From Fimbriosthenelais zetlandica (lineage: Eukaryota), in assembly GCA_977030845.1 (NCBI GenBank), contig OZ365114.1, positions 18,724,001 to 18,788,000 on the forward strand: a stretch of DNA of 64,000 nt. The letters run 5' to 3'. Positions 56,501 through 64,000 of the stretch are shown one piece after another. How positions within the stretch are numbered: the first letter of the stretch is position 1; each line of letters begins with the position of its first letter. Under the pieces are notes generated by a model. That model saw nothing but the letters and a program-made list of their open reading frames with translations, had not been told where the DNA came from and ran no database searches. The position numbers and the translations under genes were made by a program.

Positions 56501-58345
56501 TTCCCAATTTAGGACTGCAATATGACATGGAGTCATGCTTTTGGATTGACGCTAAGATTCATGTTGGAATTAATCACTGGGAATTATAAGTAATTTGTGA
56601 GCAATCGTTCCTTGCTTGCATCGATCAGGCTCAAAGCTGCAGAACTACCTACAGATTAATGCCTTCTCGATGCCTTCATGCCTTCTTTTTGACAAAAGGG
56701 CTTGTGAAAAGAATATGTCCATAGGGTGGCATGGTAAGAGATGCTTCAGCCATCGCCCATTCACAGTCTGCTTTAGTACAACAAAGCTCAAAACTGCAAT
56801 ACCATATGGCTTAGCATTGCTGCCTTAGATCAGCATGTCGATGCTGCAATTTGCTGCCACCTCTTTGCTTTTAATTGTTGGAACAACAATGGTTGCCATA
56901 GCAAGAATATATCCATATTCTCCTGTCACTCTTTCTCTTTCACAATCACTAACGTTTTCTTCTCTCGCAATATGCAGACATTGAAATTTTCTATTTCCGT
57001 ACTGTTGTCTTCTACAAAAGGGACATTTATCATTTCATCTATGCAGCAAGGTTCTCTGCTGCTTATTCTTTTTTCTTATTAAAGTGGATGTCGGAATCCT
57101 ATACAAGGTAGGATATTGCCTCTTATATGAATAGAGGGATTGTTCACAACCTCGACCCTGTACAATTGTCACCCCAACTGAGCTTTGATGACAGTCATCA
57201 CAAGATTCTCTGAGGGGAAGGCTTATATATACATAGACTGTGTCTGCATATAAGATTTATAATTAATCTTTTGTGGGGAAATTACTTCCTTTGTTGGTAT
57301 TAGATTTCTTATGGAAATGAAGGAATTATATCTCGTGCCTCCTTACCTGTTTGACCTGGTTTGTACAGTGGTTTGTCCGTTTGTATGATAATCATATAGT
57401 TGCGAGGTGCTACAGTGACTGTTTTCTGAAATACAGGAGGTTTTGCTGAGGGTGGTGCACCTGCTAGACTTATACTGGCTGTAAGATATGCCTTGGCTCT
57501 GTTAATGTACGAAGGAACATGAAGATCTATGCATTTATCCATACCTGCAATGAGAGATGTACAATTAAAAATTGATAATGAAATTGAAAATGACCTAAAT
57601 AGATGAAAGGCACAAAACAAACCTCTGATAAAAAAAATCTAAGAGGGTAATCTGCAATCGTCCTCCTTTGAGAATTTGTGTTCAATGATTTCTGTTCAAA
57701 GTCTTCAGAAAGTATGTTACAAACACTAAAAGAAGTCACAAGGACTATATCTGAGATGCAAGGTTTTATATTCTGATAACGACGTCCTAGAAGTGTGGTA
57801 GTGAACATCATTAGATGTCTTTGATGTTCACGCTACCGTTGACACTTGACAACAAATTCCTTTTATCAAAAAGACTTAGGATTGAGAGATTTTCTCCCCT
57901 TCTGTGATAGACATAAAACCTTAGTGGCAAAAACCCAGCCCTCGCCTGATGATTAAGATGGAAGTGTCCCTACTTTGCCTGCCCGTCCCTGGTTTTAATT
58001 TAGAAATGGGACTTTGCTGCTGCAAATGCTCAGCAAACAGGCGGATCTCATTGCGAAAGATGACAGTGGTTGGCAGGCATATAGATGTTTGTGTAATATT
58101 ATGTACAAATACCTTTTTCTGATCGCATAGATACTTTTATTCAACAGTTCAACATGTATAATCTGTCATATTTGTCATGAAACTTACCATTAGGATAGCT
58201 TTCTATTTGTGTATATGAAGTTTGTCTACGAGTACACCGCAATTTATATGTGATTGTGACATCTCCTAAGATGTCGTGAAATGTTGTACATAGTCGGGCT
58301 GTAGATTTCCGAACGATTACATTCGGCACTGCTATCAGAAAGCCC
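26499..58345 (-). CDS. A2M: Alpha-2-macroglobulin-like thioester protein (A2M subfamily); 36 coding exons, about 1648 aa, 5' signal-peptide exon not identified
   Basis: Exon chain has GT-AG boundaries, matching phases and no internal stop (4948 nt). A2M motifs occur in the expected order: QTDKPLYKPGQT, DPDGYRLTEW, VLPDFEA, FKPGIPYSG, SPSNSY, LLLYYV..GEVVSD, VVDRSV, FPETWLWD, PHTITEW..AFC, FQPFF, PEGIEEE, PTGCGEQN, GSYSPFG..GSLWLTAF, DIEVTAY, QRNAEGGFASTQDT, SNMAVVDIKMVTGW, VHLYFN, VRVYDYY. There is no C345C, transmembrane or GPI tail. Confidence 0.96.
27858..27963 (-). CDS. A2M: A2M exon 35 (LTRHHDC...VGNVQAAHVRVYDYY)
   Basis: V.VYDYY motif; phase 0 to 1. Confidence 0.95.
28181..28261 (-). 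CDS. A2M: A2M exon 34 (LKGDPNS...TVHLYFNT)
   Basis: V.LYF motif; ttttccag acceptor and gtaagt donor; phase 0 to 0. Confidence 0.9.
28400..28860 (-). mobile_element. Intronic L1-like ORF2 fragment
   Basis: IPRMDGL (K.PG.DG-like) followed by TLLFADVGHVCPEIFP. Confidence 0.3.
29150..30200 (-). mobile_element. Intronic LINE RT fragment
   Basis: DYNPYSLTNML (NYRPISLT-like, about 29470), GVRILTCFVKQ, CLDFNRT (about 29180). Confidence 0.5.
30549..30639 (-). CDS. A2M: A2M exon 33 (YTGPGGDSNMAVVDIKMVTGW...)
   Basis: Receptor-binding-domain SNMA.VD.KM..G motif; phase 2 to 0. Confidence 0.96.
30961..31118 (-). CDS. A2M: A2M exon 32 (GVSRYNV...FSLDV...LEICA)
   Basis: YNV....F.L.V....IC motif; phase 0 to 2. 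Confidence 0.93.
31550..32350 (-). mobile_element. Intronic LINE RT/3' fragment
   Basis: Degenerate LSIKHQVIFF (LN..K..V-like) and AITWPFH (L.W..H-like). Confidence 0.3.
32577..32795 (-). CDS. A2M: A2M exon 31 (DTVVAVESLAKY...GTGCALIQ)
   Basis: DTVVA..L..Y and G.GC..Q motifs; phase 0 to 0. Confidence 0.96.
32950..33250 (-). mobile_element. Intronic LINE 3' fragment
   Basis: LYKFKMSAINKTAYNYNKVHTNTP resembles F..N..VH.YNTR. Confidence 0.35.
35410..35609 (-). CDS. A2M: A2M exon 30 (YW...DIEVTAYVLL...WLTSQRNAEGGFASTQ)
   Basis: TED motifs; phase 1 to 0. Confidence 0.96.
36140..36299 (-). CDS. A2M: A2M exon 29 (SPVL..CL...DLYSLSMMAYAY...ATRR)
   Basis: Y..A..AYA pattern; phase 0 to 1. Confidence 0.94.
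36685..36855 (-). CDS. A2M: A2M exon 28 (QQDSGCF..TGMVHNKLILGG...LSAYIMAALLDAG)
   Basis: TED Q...GCF...G......GG motif; phase 0 to 0. Confidence 0.96.
36997..37151 (-). CDS. A2M: A2M exon 27 (YQKVLKFRRRDGSYSPFG...GSLWLTAF)
   Basis: Thioester-domain (TED) motifs; phase 1 to 0. Confidence 0.96.
37628..37804 (-). CDS. A2M: A2M exon 26, thioester exon (DVMG...PTGCGEQNL...)
   Basis: GCGEQ encoded at 37734-37748; phase 1 to 1. Confidence 0.97.
38220..38309 (-). CDS. A2M: A2M exon 25 (...FTIPEHVVDDSQEAYITVT)
   Basis: P..VV.DS..A..TV motif; phase 1 to 1. Confidence 0.93.
38467..38518 (-). CDS. A2M: A2M exon 24 (PEGIEEEKTQTTIACVN)
   Basis: PEG.E.E.T....C motif; phase 0 to 1. Confidence 0.93.
38719..38808 (-). 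CDS. A2M: A2M exon 23 (AEAVEGRDVC...DTLTKPLTVL)
   Basis: AEA....C...D...KPL.V motif; phase 0 to 0. Confidence 0.93.
38907..39053 (-). CDS. A2M: A2M exon 22 (LALRL...ICMC...VGQINVTFS)
   Basis: C.C and G..NVT motifs; phase 0 to 0. Confidence 0.93.
39260..39491 (-). CDS. A2M: A2M exon 21 (LPHTITEWAGNAFC...GLG...FQPFF...ECFE)
   Basis: A2M domain motifs; phase 2 to 0. Confidence 0.96.
39639..39870 (-). CDS. A2M: A2M exon 20, bait region ending RFYFPETWLWD
   Basis: FPETWLW motif; phase 1 to 2; the acceptor was chosen by phase match. Confidence 0.88.
41769..41838 (-). CDS. A2M: A2M exon 19 (IAGLSVMTDLNVNPRPCSRPYAT)
   Basis: GL..MT....PC motif preceding the bait region; phase 0 to 1. Confidence 0.92.
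41930..42019 (-). CDS. A2M: A2M exon 18 (LYNRI...DDCVILQDAKRAFE)
   Basis: Linker region, D...F pattern; phase 0 to 0. Confidence 0.88.
42071..42093. repeat. Short (ACAGAT/AGAT)n microsatellite
   Basis: acagatacagatagatacagata. Confidence 0.6.
42900..43450 (-). mobile_element. Intronic LINE RT fragment
   Basis: ELTSGYPQGYTMILLLLF (about 43365-43419) matches TSGVPQGS.LGPLLF. Confidence 0.6.
43997..44158 (-). CDS. A2M: A2M exon 17 (VSLAV...PGSFCAIGVVDRSV...DIDK)
   Basis: S.C.I..VD.SV motif; phase 0 to 0. Confidence 0.95.
44380..44558 (-). CDS. A2M: A2M exon 16 (...PPKSHLLLYYVTDGGEVVSD...PCYSHN)
   Basis: MG5 LL.YYV...GEVV.D motif; phase 1 to 0. Confidence 0.93.
44652..44863 (-). CDS. A2M: A2M exon 15, inserted domain part 3 (VAEGDTLGIYFP...WIPCREYSLNAVLEA)
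   Basis: ttttcag acceptor and gtaag donor; phase 2 to 1. Confidence 0.82.
44967..45082 (-). CDS. A2M: A2M exon 14, inserted domain part 2 (VWRKDSAVGSTYILVGQTRIAYNDRGKYVKALEGHERI)
   Basis: attag acceptor and gtaatt donor; phase 0 to 2, exactly bridging exons 13 and 15. Confidence 0.82.
45308..45483 (-). CDS. A2M: A2M exon 13, inserted non-A2M domain part 1 (EHIDVGDEIV...GHIVRWSFYS...IYLQ)
   Basis: Open frame, phase 1 to 0; I see no counterpart in canonical A2M. Confidence 0.8.
45681..45780 (-). CDS. A2M: A2M exon 12 (VLANRGVLDTGSI...GHRHI)
   Basis: MG5 V...RG....G pattern; phase 0 to 1. Confidence 0.85.
45893..46102 (-). CDS. A2M: A2M exon 11 (AQGS...AWYSPSNSYVQM...FHYQ)
   Basis: SPS.S motif; phase 0 to 0. 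Confidence 0.92.
46250..46560 (-). mobile_element. Intronic LINE ORF2 linker fragment
   Basis: SPWIASRSKLTYRDIKRY resembles PWIT..IK..I..R. Confidence 0.35.
47000..47930 (-). mobile_element. Intronic LINE 5' end (PHD-type ORF1 remnant)
   Basis: aagatggcgg start followed by Cys-rich WICMAQYC and HTICNDC. Confidence 0.4.
49250..49441 (-). CDS. A2M: A2M exon 10 (VVLKFLSGEPA...DAKGEVLFTL...FKLR)
   Basis: MG4 D..G...F.L pattern; phase 0 to 0. Confidence 0.9.
49997..50112 (-). CDS. A2M: A2M exon 9 (...PYFKPGIPYSGK)
   Basis: FKPG.PY.G motif; phase 1 to 0. Confidence 0.92.
50247..50352 (-). CDS. A2M: A2M exon 8 (LKGC...VYANVTDIHT)
   Basis: GC and A.VT...TG pattern; phase 0 to 1. Confidence 0.9.
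51042..51126 (-). CDS. A2M: A2M exon 7 (YIYGKAVVGNY...)
   Basis: Y.YGK.V.G motif; phase 2 to 0. Confidence 0.9.
51342..51426 (-). CDS. A2M: A2M exon 6 (VLPDFEATVEAPKF...VRVCA)
   Basis: VLP.FE motif; phase 1 to 2. Confidence 0.92.
51546..51662 (-). CDS. A2M: A2M exon 5 (GLAELEYPLAEDTTIGNWKLIV...FTVTYY)
   Basis: MG2 pattern; phase 1 to 1. Confidence 0.92.
52021..52093 (-). CDS. A2M: A2M exon 4 (ITMVFLEDPDGYRLTEW...)
   Basis: DP.G.R..W motif; phase 0 to 1. Confidence 0.92.
53000..55150 (-). mobile_element. One or two intronic LINE endonuclease remnants
   Basis: GLSQKPLDGKLPGMY (ISETWL...LPGY-like, about 55000) and CYRFDLNI (GDFN-like, about 53490). Confidence 0.35.
56124..56176 (-). CDS. A2M: A2M exon 3 (VRIRILSVTLDLRPREEN)
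   Basis: ttttcag acceptor and gtgagt donor; phase 1 to 0; V.IR....L.P pattern. Confidence 0.85.
57347..57544 (-). CDS. A2M: A2M exon 2 (MG1/MG2, ...IIIQTDKPLYKPGQT)
   Basis: QTDKPxYKPGQT motif; phase 1 to 1. Confidence 0.95.
58188..58345 (-). CDS. A2M: A2M exon 1 of those found (MG1 start, GFLIAVPNVI...)
   Basis: tttcag acceptor, gtaagt donor, phase 2 to 1; resembles the A2M N-terminal pattern (aromatic-x4-P ... C). Confidence 0.8.
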
Positions 58346-58549
58346 CTGAAACATCAAAAGAACAAGTGAAAACATTAAATAATGTATAACATTGAAGTAA
58401 AGTATAATCCAAATATAATGATACTTAAATTATTCATTAAGAGTCTGATGAGAGTTGAGAATCAAAATATATATTTCGATTTTCTAAAAGAAACCCATTC
58501 ATTGACGGCATTGTCTACTGACAGATATGATGCAGCATGGTGATTGATC

Positions 58550-60450
58550 CCCTGGCAAACACCATGTCTGCTTTTAATCATAGATCTATGAGAGGCTGTT
58601 TCCTATTAATCAATCAAGTATATGGGGAGGCTTGGTCGTGAGGAGAGTGTCACCAACCAACACCTGGGGCAGATCAATGTGGGCGGGTGGCCAGTGAAAC
58701 GGAGAACAAGACGGAGCAAATTACTGATCTCTGTATAATATCCACCTGAGCCCCCATCTTTCTTGATTACAAAGTCGATATTTACGTCCCTAAAGGACTT
58801 TTGAAGTAATTCCCTTTCACACGTCTAGATTTAGTGTATGATGCTGTATCCTCCCTCTCTTAAACTCACAGCTATTGCTTCATACAGTGTTTGCCCTGAA
58901 GGCAACCAACCCAGAACAGGTATTAGTTACCATTATGTAAAGTTGTCATTAGCTTAGTTCAACAGTAGCTTCCTTCTTAAATAAACTACTAAAGTAGGGG
59001 ACTTGTCATGTTGAAACTCCTAGCTGAACATTATTGAGTTTCTTCTTTCACTGAGAACACAAAAGCTCTCACATCAACAAGTGTCGCGAAGCAAGGTATA
59101 CAGTATTTTTCTACTTGCTCCCTTTTACTTATTTTTGTATCAGTGTTCAATTGAAACACGTTTCCCCTCGTCTTTTGTCCAGAGAGGTAGAGAGGCACCT
59201 TTGATATTGTGGTTAGGAAAGGTTCCGTTGGATGAAAGTATAACACAGAACAGGATCCCAAGAAATGCATGCAGACATGTTTTTGGACAGAGCAATTGAG
59301 GGAAATCCTAGAAAAGTTGAACATTTGTGGCGGAAGTCTAAGCACAGAAACCCAAGCTGAGATCTATAGCTGTGAGGCTTTCAAATCTTTAGATATTTGT
59401 CAATTGGGATTGACATAGTAGCGTCAGTCATGCAAAGGCGAGGGAAGTCTGGTGGATCTGGAATAAGAGGATAACGTTTTTCAACACATAGGACAGACAG
59501 AAAAAGCATGGCCGAGTCATTAGCAGTAGACTCAGTAGCTGAGGGGAAAAAGCTGCATCTTAAGAAACTGATCACAAGGATTCTGTTAGTGTGTTTTTGT
59601 TGGATGTAATTGCATGGGAGGTGTACAAGAACGTTTGCTGTATGAAAAAGATGTGACTGTCAGTAGTTTAATACTGAATGCAGAAAGAGATTTTTCCAAA
59701 GCAGCTAATTATATTTCGGTGAAGGAAAATGTAAGAAGGTGAGACTGTCTAGTGCGGGCAGACTGTTTAAAAGCCATTTTTGACCTGGACATAGGGCCTA
59801 CATATCGTATAGCTTGTTTTGGGCTTGTGTTCACCCTGAAAACTTACTGAAAACAGGTTAATTTCCTGCCAAGTCCAATGCAATCCATCTTACTATGAAT
59901 TCTTACCCTGGTAGCAAGAAAATGTCTGGACCAAAGTTCTTTCAAATTAATGTGGTCAGATATATCATCTTAAATTGAAGGAAACTTTTGTGATCAAGAG
60001 GGATTGGTCCATTCTGTGCTTTTGATCACATGCCTCATCAACAGGCGCCCAATTGGTCAGTAGAAGGCGCATGATTAGAGACGGTGTATTGGGTGTGATC
60101 AATCATCTCTCTTCTATGGTTTTGTGTGGAGCTAGTCTGCCCACTCCGTCTATCAACAGTCTGGAACAAAAGGCTAGAGACGAACTCGAGTCTTCCACTT
60201 TTTTAATACGGATCATAGAAGCATCAGGCTCTTCCATCATTTAAGCAGGGTTAAAATATGATCTGCAGCATCAATATGGTGTCCTTTGCTCAGTATAGTC
60301 TTTTGGTAGGCTCTCATGTCCCAAATAATCCATGCGACTTGTGAAGGGAATCTGATCTGCGTGGGAATTCAATACAGGGATAGTGTGTGGGGTATGCTTT
60401 TTATTGGACCCGTTATTGATTTGGCCGGTTCCTATTTCCTTCTTTTCTGC
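58550..60450 (-). mobile_element. LINE 5' part (ORF1 plus start of APE), upstream of the first identified A2M exon
   Basis: SRLLIDGVG (about 60150), YPLIPDPP (about 59470), YEAIAVSL (about 58870), KDGGSGGYY (about 58750). Confidence 0.45.
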
Positions 60451-60999
60451 AGGCTTGTTGTGAGCCTGATCATTTTGGGTGGTCGCTGATACAGACTTTG
60501 TTATCCTTTAATTCCCCAGTGTTTGATGTCTGCATTTGTCTGTAAAAATGCTCTTTTTGTTCCTTGCAGCATTCTGAATTAGTACTGTGACATTCTGGAA
60601 AGGCACACATGTATAGAAAAGATACAGAGATATATATATATGAGGCTCAAACAGTAAACTAATATCGGCAGCCGACGGATGAGATGTCATCCACATAATA
60701 TTAAACTTTAGACCTATAAATTCCTTTCATTGCTTATTCATGCAGGATATAGGTAATTGCGCACACAATATAAACTAGTCTGCCATGTAATCATTACTTT
60801 ATTTCTGTCAATACCTTTTAGAACCATTGAACATTAGCTAATAATCATTCAACAACGGTAGGGCTACATTCAGGCTGAATTCTTCGAGTTACCTCTCAGA
60901 CAGCTCATGTATCATTTCATATTAGTTCCCCTCCCCAAAATATTACAAAAAAAGTTCTTGTCATTCTAGAGACCAAACATTAGGTGGTCAGCTTCATTC

Positions 61000-62300
61000 T
61001 GATTCTTTAGGGTCATTGAATTGATGTGTCCTTTAGAACATGTGGCTATCAACTGGCACATATCGATATCTGAGTTTACGCTGGCCTTGAGGAGCCTGAG
61101 ACAAGCCCACCCATCCCATTCCATCCTTGTTTACGTGACTAAACAACGTCACAACTCCATTCGTCCGTCTGATTCGGCTACTTTTACCTCGGTGACAGAA
61201 ATAATCGATGTCTGGGAAAGCCGCAAGGGATCAATAGAGGTGGAAGTCGCCATTGACGGTCAGCCGCATTAGCCGGAAGGACACGGGACAGACCACTGGT
61301 GGCTCTGACTGTTAGGGGGAAATGGAGGTCGATTATTAGTTCAATCTAACGTTGGTGAGAGTGGTGGAGCAGTGGAGAGGAGGAGGGCTCCAGTTAGAAT
61401 GGATACCTAAGAAGGTTATGACACATATTGATGGACCGAAACTCTGAATATCAAGGGGAAGTCCATGTTTCTTGTCAGGATCCATAATGGAGCCAACAGG
61501 CTCCATATCACATGCAGTTGGCTGAGTTTGAGTTTGGGAACTCATTTTTCTCCAGTAGAGTCATTGCCTTTTCCACCACAACAATTTCTAGTCGTTTTCC
61601 CTTTTAATATAATTGTGTATAATCACGAAAAGTCCCTATCTTTGGTTGTCAAACCTGGAACAGATTTGGGCTGAACCTCAGGGCAACAATGATAATGGCG
61701 AACTGACCCCCATAATACATTGCCTCAGAAAGTGCCCTCAGAAAGTGGTGGGTCTGGTAGTCTGCGACTATAGGATAATCTGCATGCCTGCATCTCACTA
61801 TTGCCATGGAAACAACATGAAGACACTTCAGGTTGCCAGAGTTTCTTTACTCGAATGCCAGTGAATGGCAAAAGCTGTTTTTCTTCCCCATAAACCCTGA
61901 CAATGGGGCCTTTTTATGGCTTCTATCGGTCCTCTGGCAACTCCATCAGCCTGATTTCTTGGCTATGTTGTGCCTGAATGGACACTAAACTTTGCTGCCA
62001 TCCTGATATAGAACAGATCTGACAGCAAACAATTAATGAGTGAGGCGGGATTTATGAGGCATATTTAGGATCATAAAGCATCTTAACCAACCATTCATTT
62101 TTTAATCAATACAACAATTAATTTTTGTGGGGGTTCTGGAACTTTGGGCACTGCTATTTATTGGCCTCTTGGGATCTTATCAACGGGGAATCCCATGACA
62201 AAGCGTGATGGATAGTGAAGCCACCTACTCTGGTCTCGTTAAACTCTCCCAACTTTCTGCCTCATTCGCCTGGAGAACACACCCATTCATATTCGTGTAA
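61000..62300 (-). mobile_element. I/Nimb-like ORF1 (gag-like) remnant
   Basis: DSPLI (about 62185), ADGVARGP (about 61940), degenerate zinc knuckle SCCFHGNSEMQAC (about 61800). Confidence 0.4.
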
Positions 62301-64000
62301 TTAAAACCAAATCAAACCCATGACCTTATCAAGCTTCGTGAATTCAGATCTAATAAATCACACTGTTATCATGTTCATTTATCTGAGCTGTTCGCCATTT
62401 CTTTCGATATCCCACATTTTCGTGATGATAGGAGAAAAGCGAATGGTAAAATCAATCTTTTTTCACGGTATACTACACTTCTGGAATATCAGTTGAGATA
62501 TTTGCAATTTGATAAGCAAAATCTCACGCAAATCCATTTGATATATCAATGTCATATATCATATCCTTCATCAATATTATTTTGAAGACGTCACCCACCT
62601 ATTCTTACCAAGCACGAACCAATTGCAACAGCCACTTGTATTTAACAAAAAAATAAGTTGTACATGATGAAACATTCAAAACGCACGATGATTTCTAATA
62701 TTTCATGTATTTAATGTGGATTGTATGTCATGGTGGATAGCCCTTCAAGCAAGGCAACAAAACACATATTTACCGGCGGTTATATGTCATAGAAATCATG
62801 ATTATACAGTATAGTGCACAGGCTCCCAATGTACATTAATTCCACTGGAATATATTGAGGCTGGGGACGAAAGCCGTGCTGTACATGGAATTATAGGGAG
62901 TTGAGAACTACACCAATATCATTAAAAATGTTGATTGCAATCCACACCAATGGCTACCCAACATTGACAGGAGATCGATCACATAGGCCAAAGCAGCTGA
63001 TTAAAAATATAATTGGGTGTCTATTAAGTAATGTTTCATCCAGTCAACTGCCTTTTACTGCTCATTACGGCAATGTTAGTCTCATATCTCAGTTGCAACA
63101 ATGCAACCCTCTCTGCGTGTGAAGAACCACATCAGTAGTTGGGCTTTTTGATTTCAGCTGGCTGTTGAAATCTTATCTTGGGTGACGTTTTTCTCATTTA
63201 ATACCCATATTGCTCCTCCACAATTCAGTTTCTTACTTACAAAAAAAACCTTTAGTGAACAGTTCAAATACTGCAGTGCAATATATTATCGTGTCTCTCT
63301 GTATTGATTTTGTTCAATGGAAATTAACACGCAGTAGTGACCTCACATAAAACATTGAAATAAGCGCAAGAAAAGTTCCTTGAACAGATGTGGGATATAT
63401 TATGTTCTTTTCTGCTAATTCTTGGCACTATATAATATTGGACGAAGGCTGCACACGGGGAGGTTAGCATAATACAGACTTCCTGTCTTGCTCGGCTATA
63501 TATATAGCGATGCAGCAATGAATAGTCTGTATATATATGAAAGATGAAATGGTGTCTGACCACAGCTTTCTCAGCTCACTGTATTATATTTGTCCAATTA
63601 TTTTCTTCGATCTTCAAAGCAAAACACCATGCTTGTTCAATCAGCGCATCTACCTCGCGATAACAGACAAATTGATCTCCATCCTCTACGCCTGCTAGTC
63701 ATAACACCCTTGTAGAGACAGAACTCATTTTTCCTTCTGCTAATTATGAACTCAACATCCTGTCCTTATTAAAGGCCTTCCTCGTCTAGAGTCCACCATA
63801 GCAAGTTGGGAATAAGAGTCACGATTGAAAGCATCCTTGAGTATTTCCCTCCCAAGTCTTCCTAATTACTCAGATCGACTCATGTCTGCTCGGCTTAGAA
63901 CTCCGGTAAAAGGACTTTAAGAGCGTTTTTTAGTCAGCTTCTGAATTAATTTGAATCTGGAGTGATATGGGATTATTCTTCGTTTTTATATTTTGAATCT

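Noticed and set aside
62609-62675. Signal-peptide-like first exon MFHHVQLIFLLNTSGCCNWFVL with a gtaag donor
   Set aside because: It ends in phase 1 while the next exon needs phase 2, the hydrophobic core is weak, and I found no bridging exon.
62774-62799. Phase-2 mini-exon MISMTYNRR as exon 1
   Set aside because: It is phase-compatible but has no signal peptide, and such short matches arise easily by chance.
1-64000. Most short ORFs in the supplied track; any CRISPR array, operon, rRNA or tRNA gene
   Set aside because: The DNA is intron-rich and eukaryotic. The ORFs are either partial A2M exons with intronic read-through, TE debris or chance, and I saw no regularly spaced repeats or RNA gene signatures.

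Overview
Eukaryotic (metazoan, probably marine invertebrate) genomic DNA. I found no prokaryotic features, RNA genes or CRISPR arrays. The dominant feature is one multi-exon alpha-2-macroglobulin-type thioester protein gene on the minus strand. I reconstructed 36 GT-AG exons by hand from 58345 down to a TGA stop at 26499-26501. All junction phases match, giving 4948 nt (about 1648 aa). The signal-peptide exon was not found and may lie outside the window. The thioester (GCGEQ), bait region (ending FPETWLW) and receptor-binding domain are intact. The main novelty is an extra 168-codon domain encoded by three exons and bounded by phase-1 introns, inserted in the middle of the MG5 domain, which is the signature of exon shuffling. 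The rest of the window is largely decayed non-LTR retrotransposon remnants of several apparent clades (CR1/L2-like, L1/Tx1-like, RTE-like, I/Nimb-like with RNase H). All of the roughly 20 coding remnants I could read lie on the minus strand, including a nearly continuous 24 kb block downstream of the gene. TE calls rest on degenerate motifs read by eye, so their boundaries and clades are approximate.
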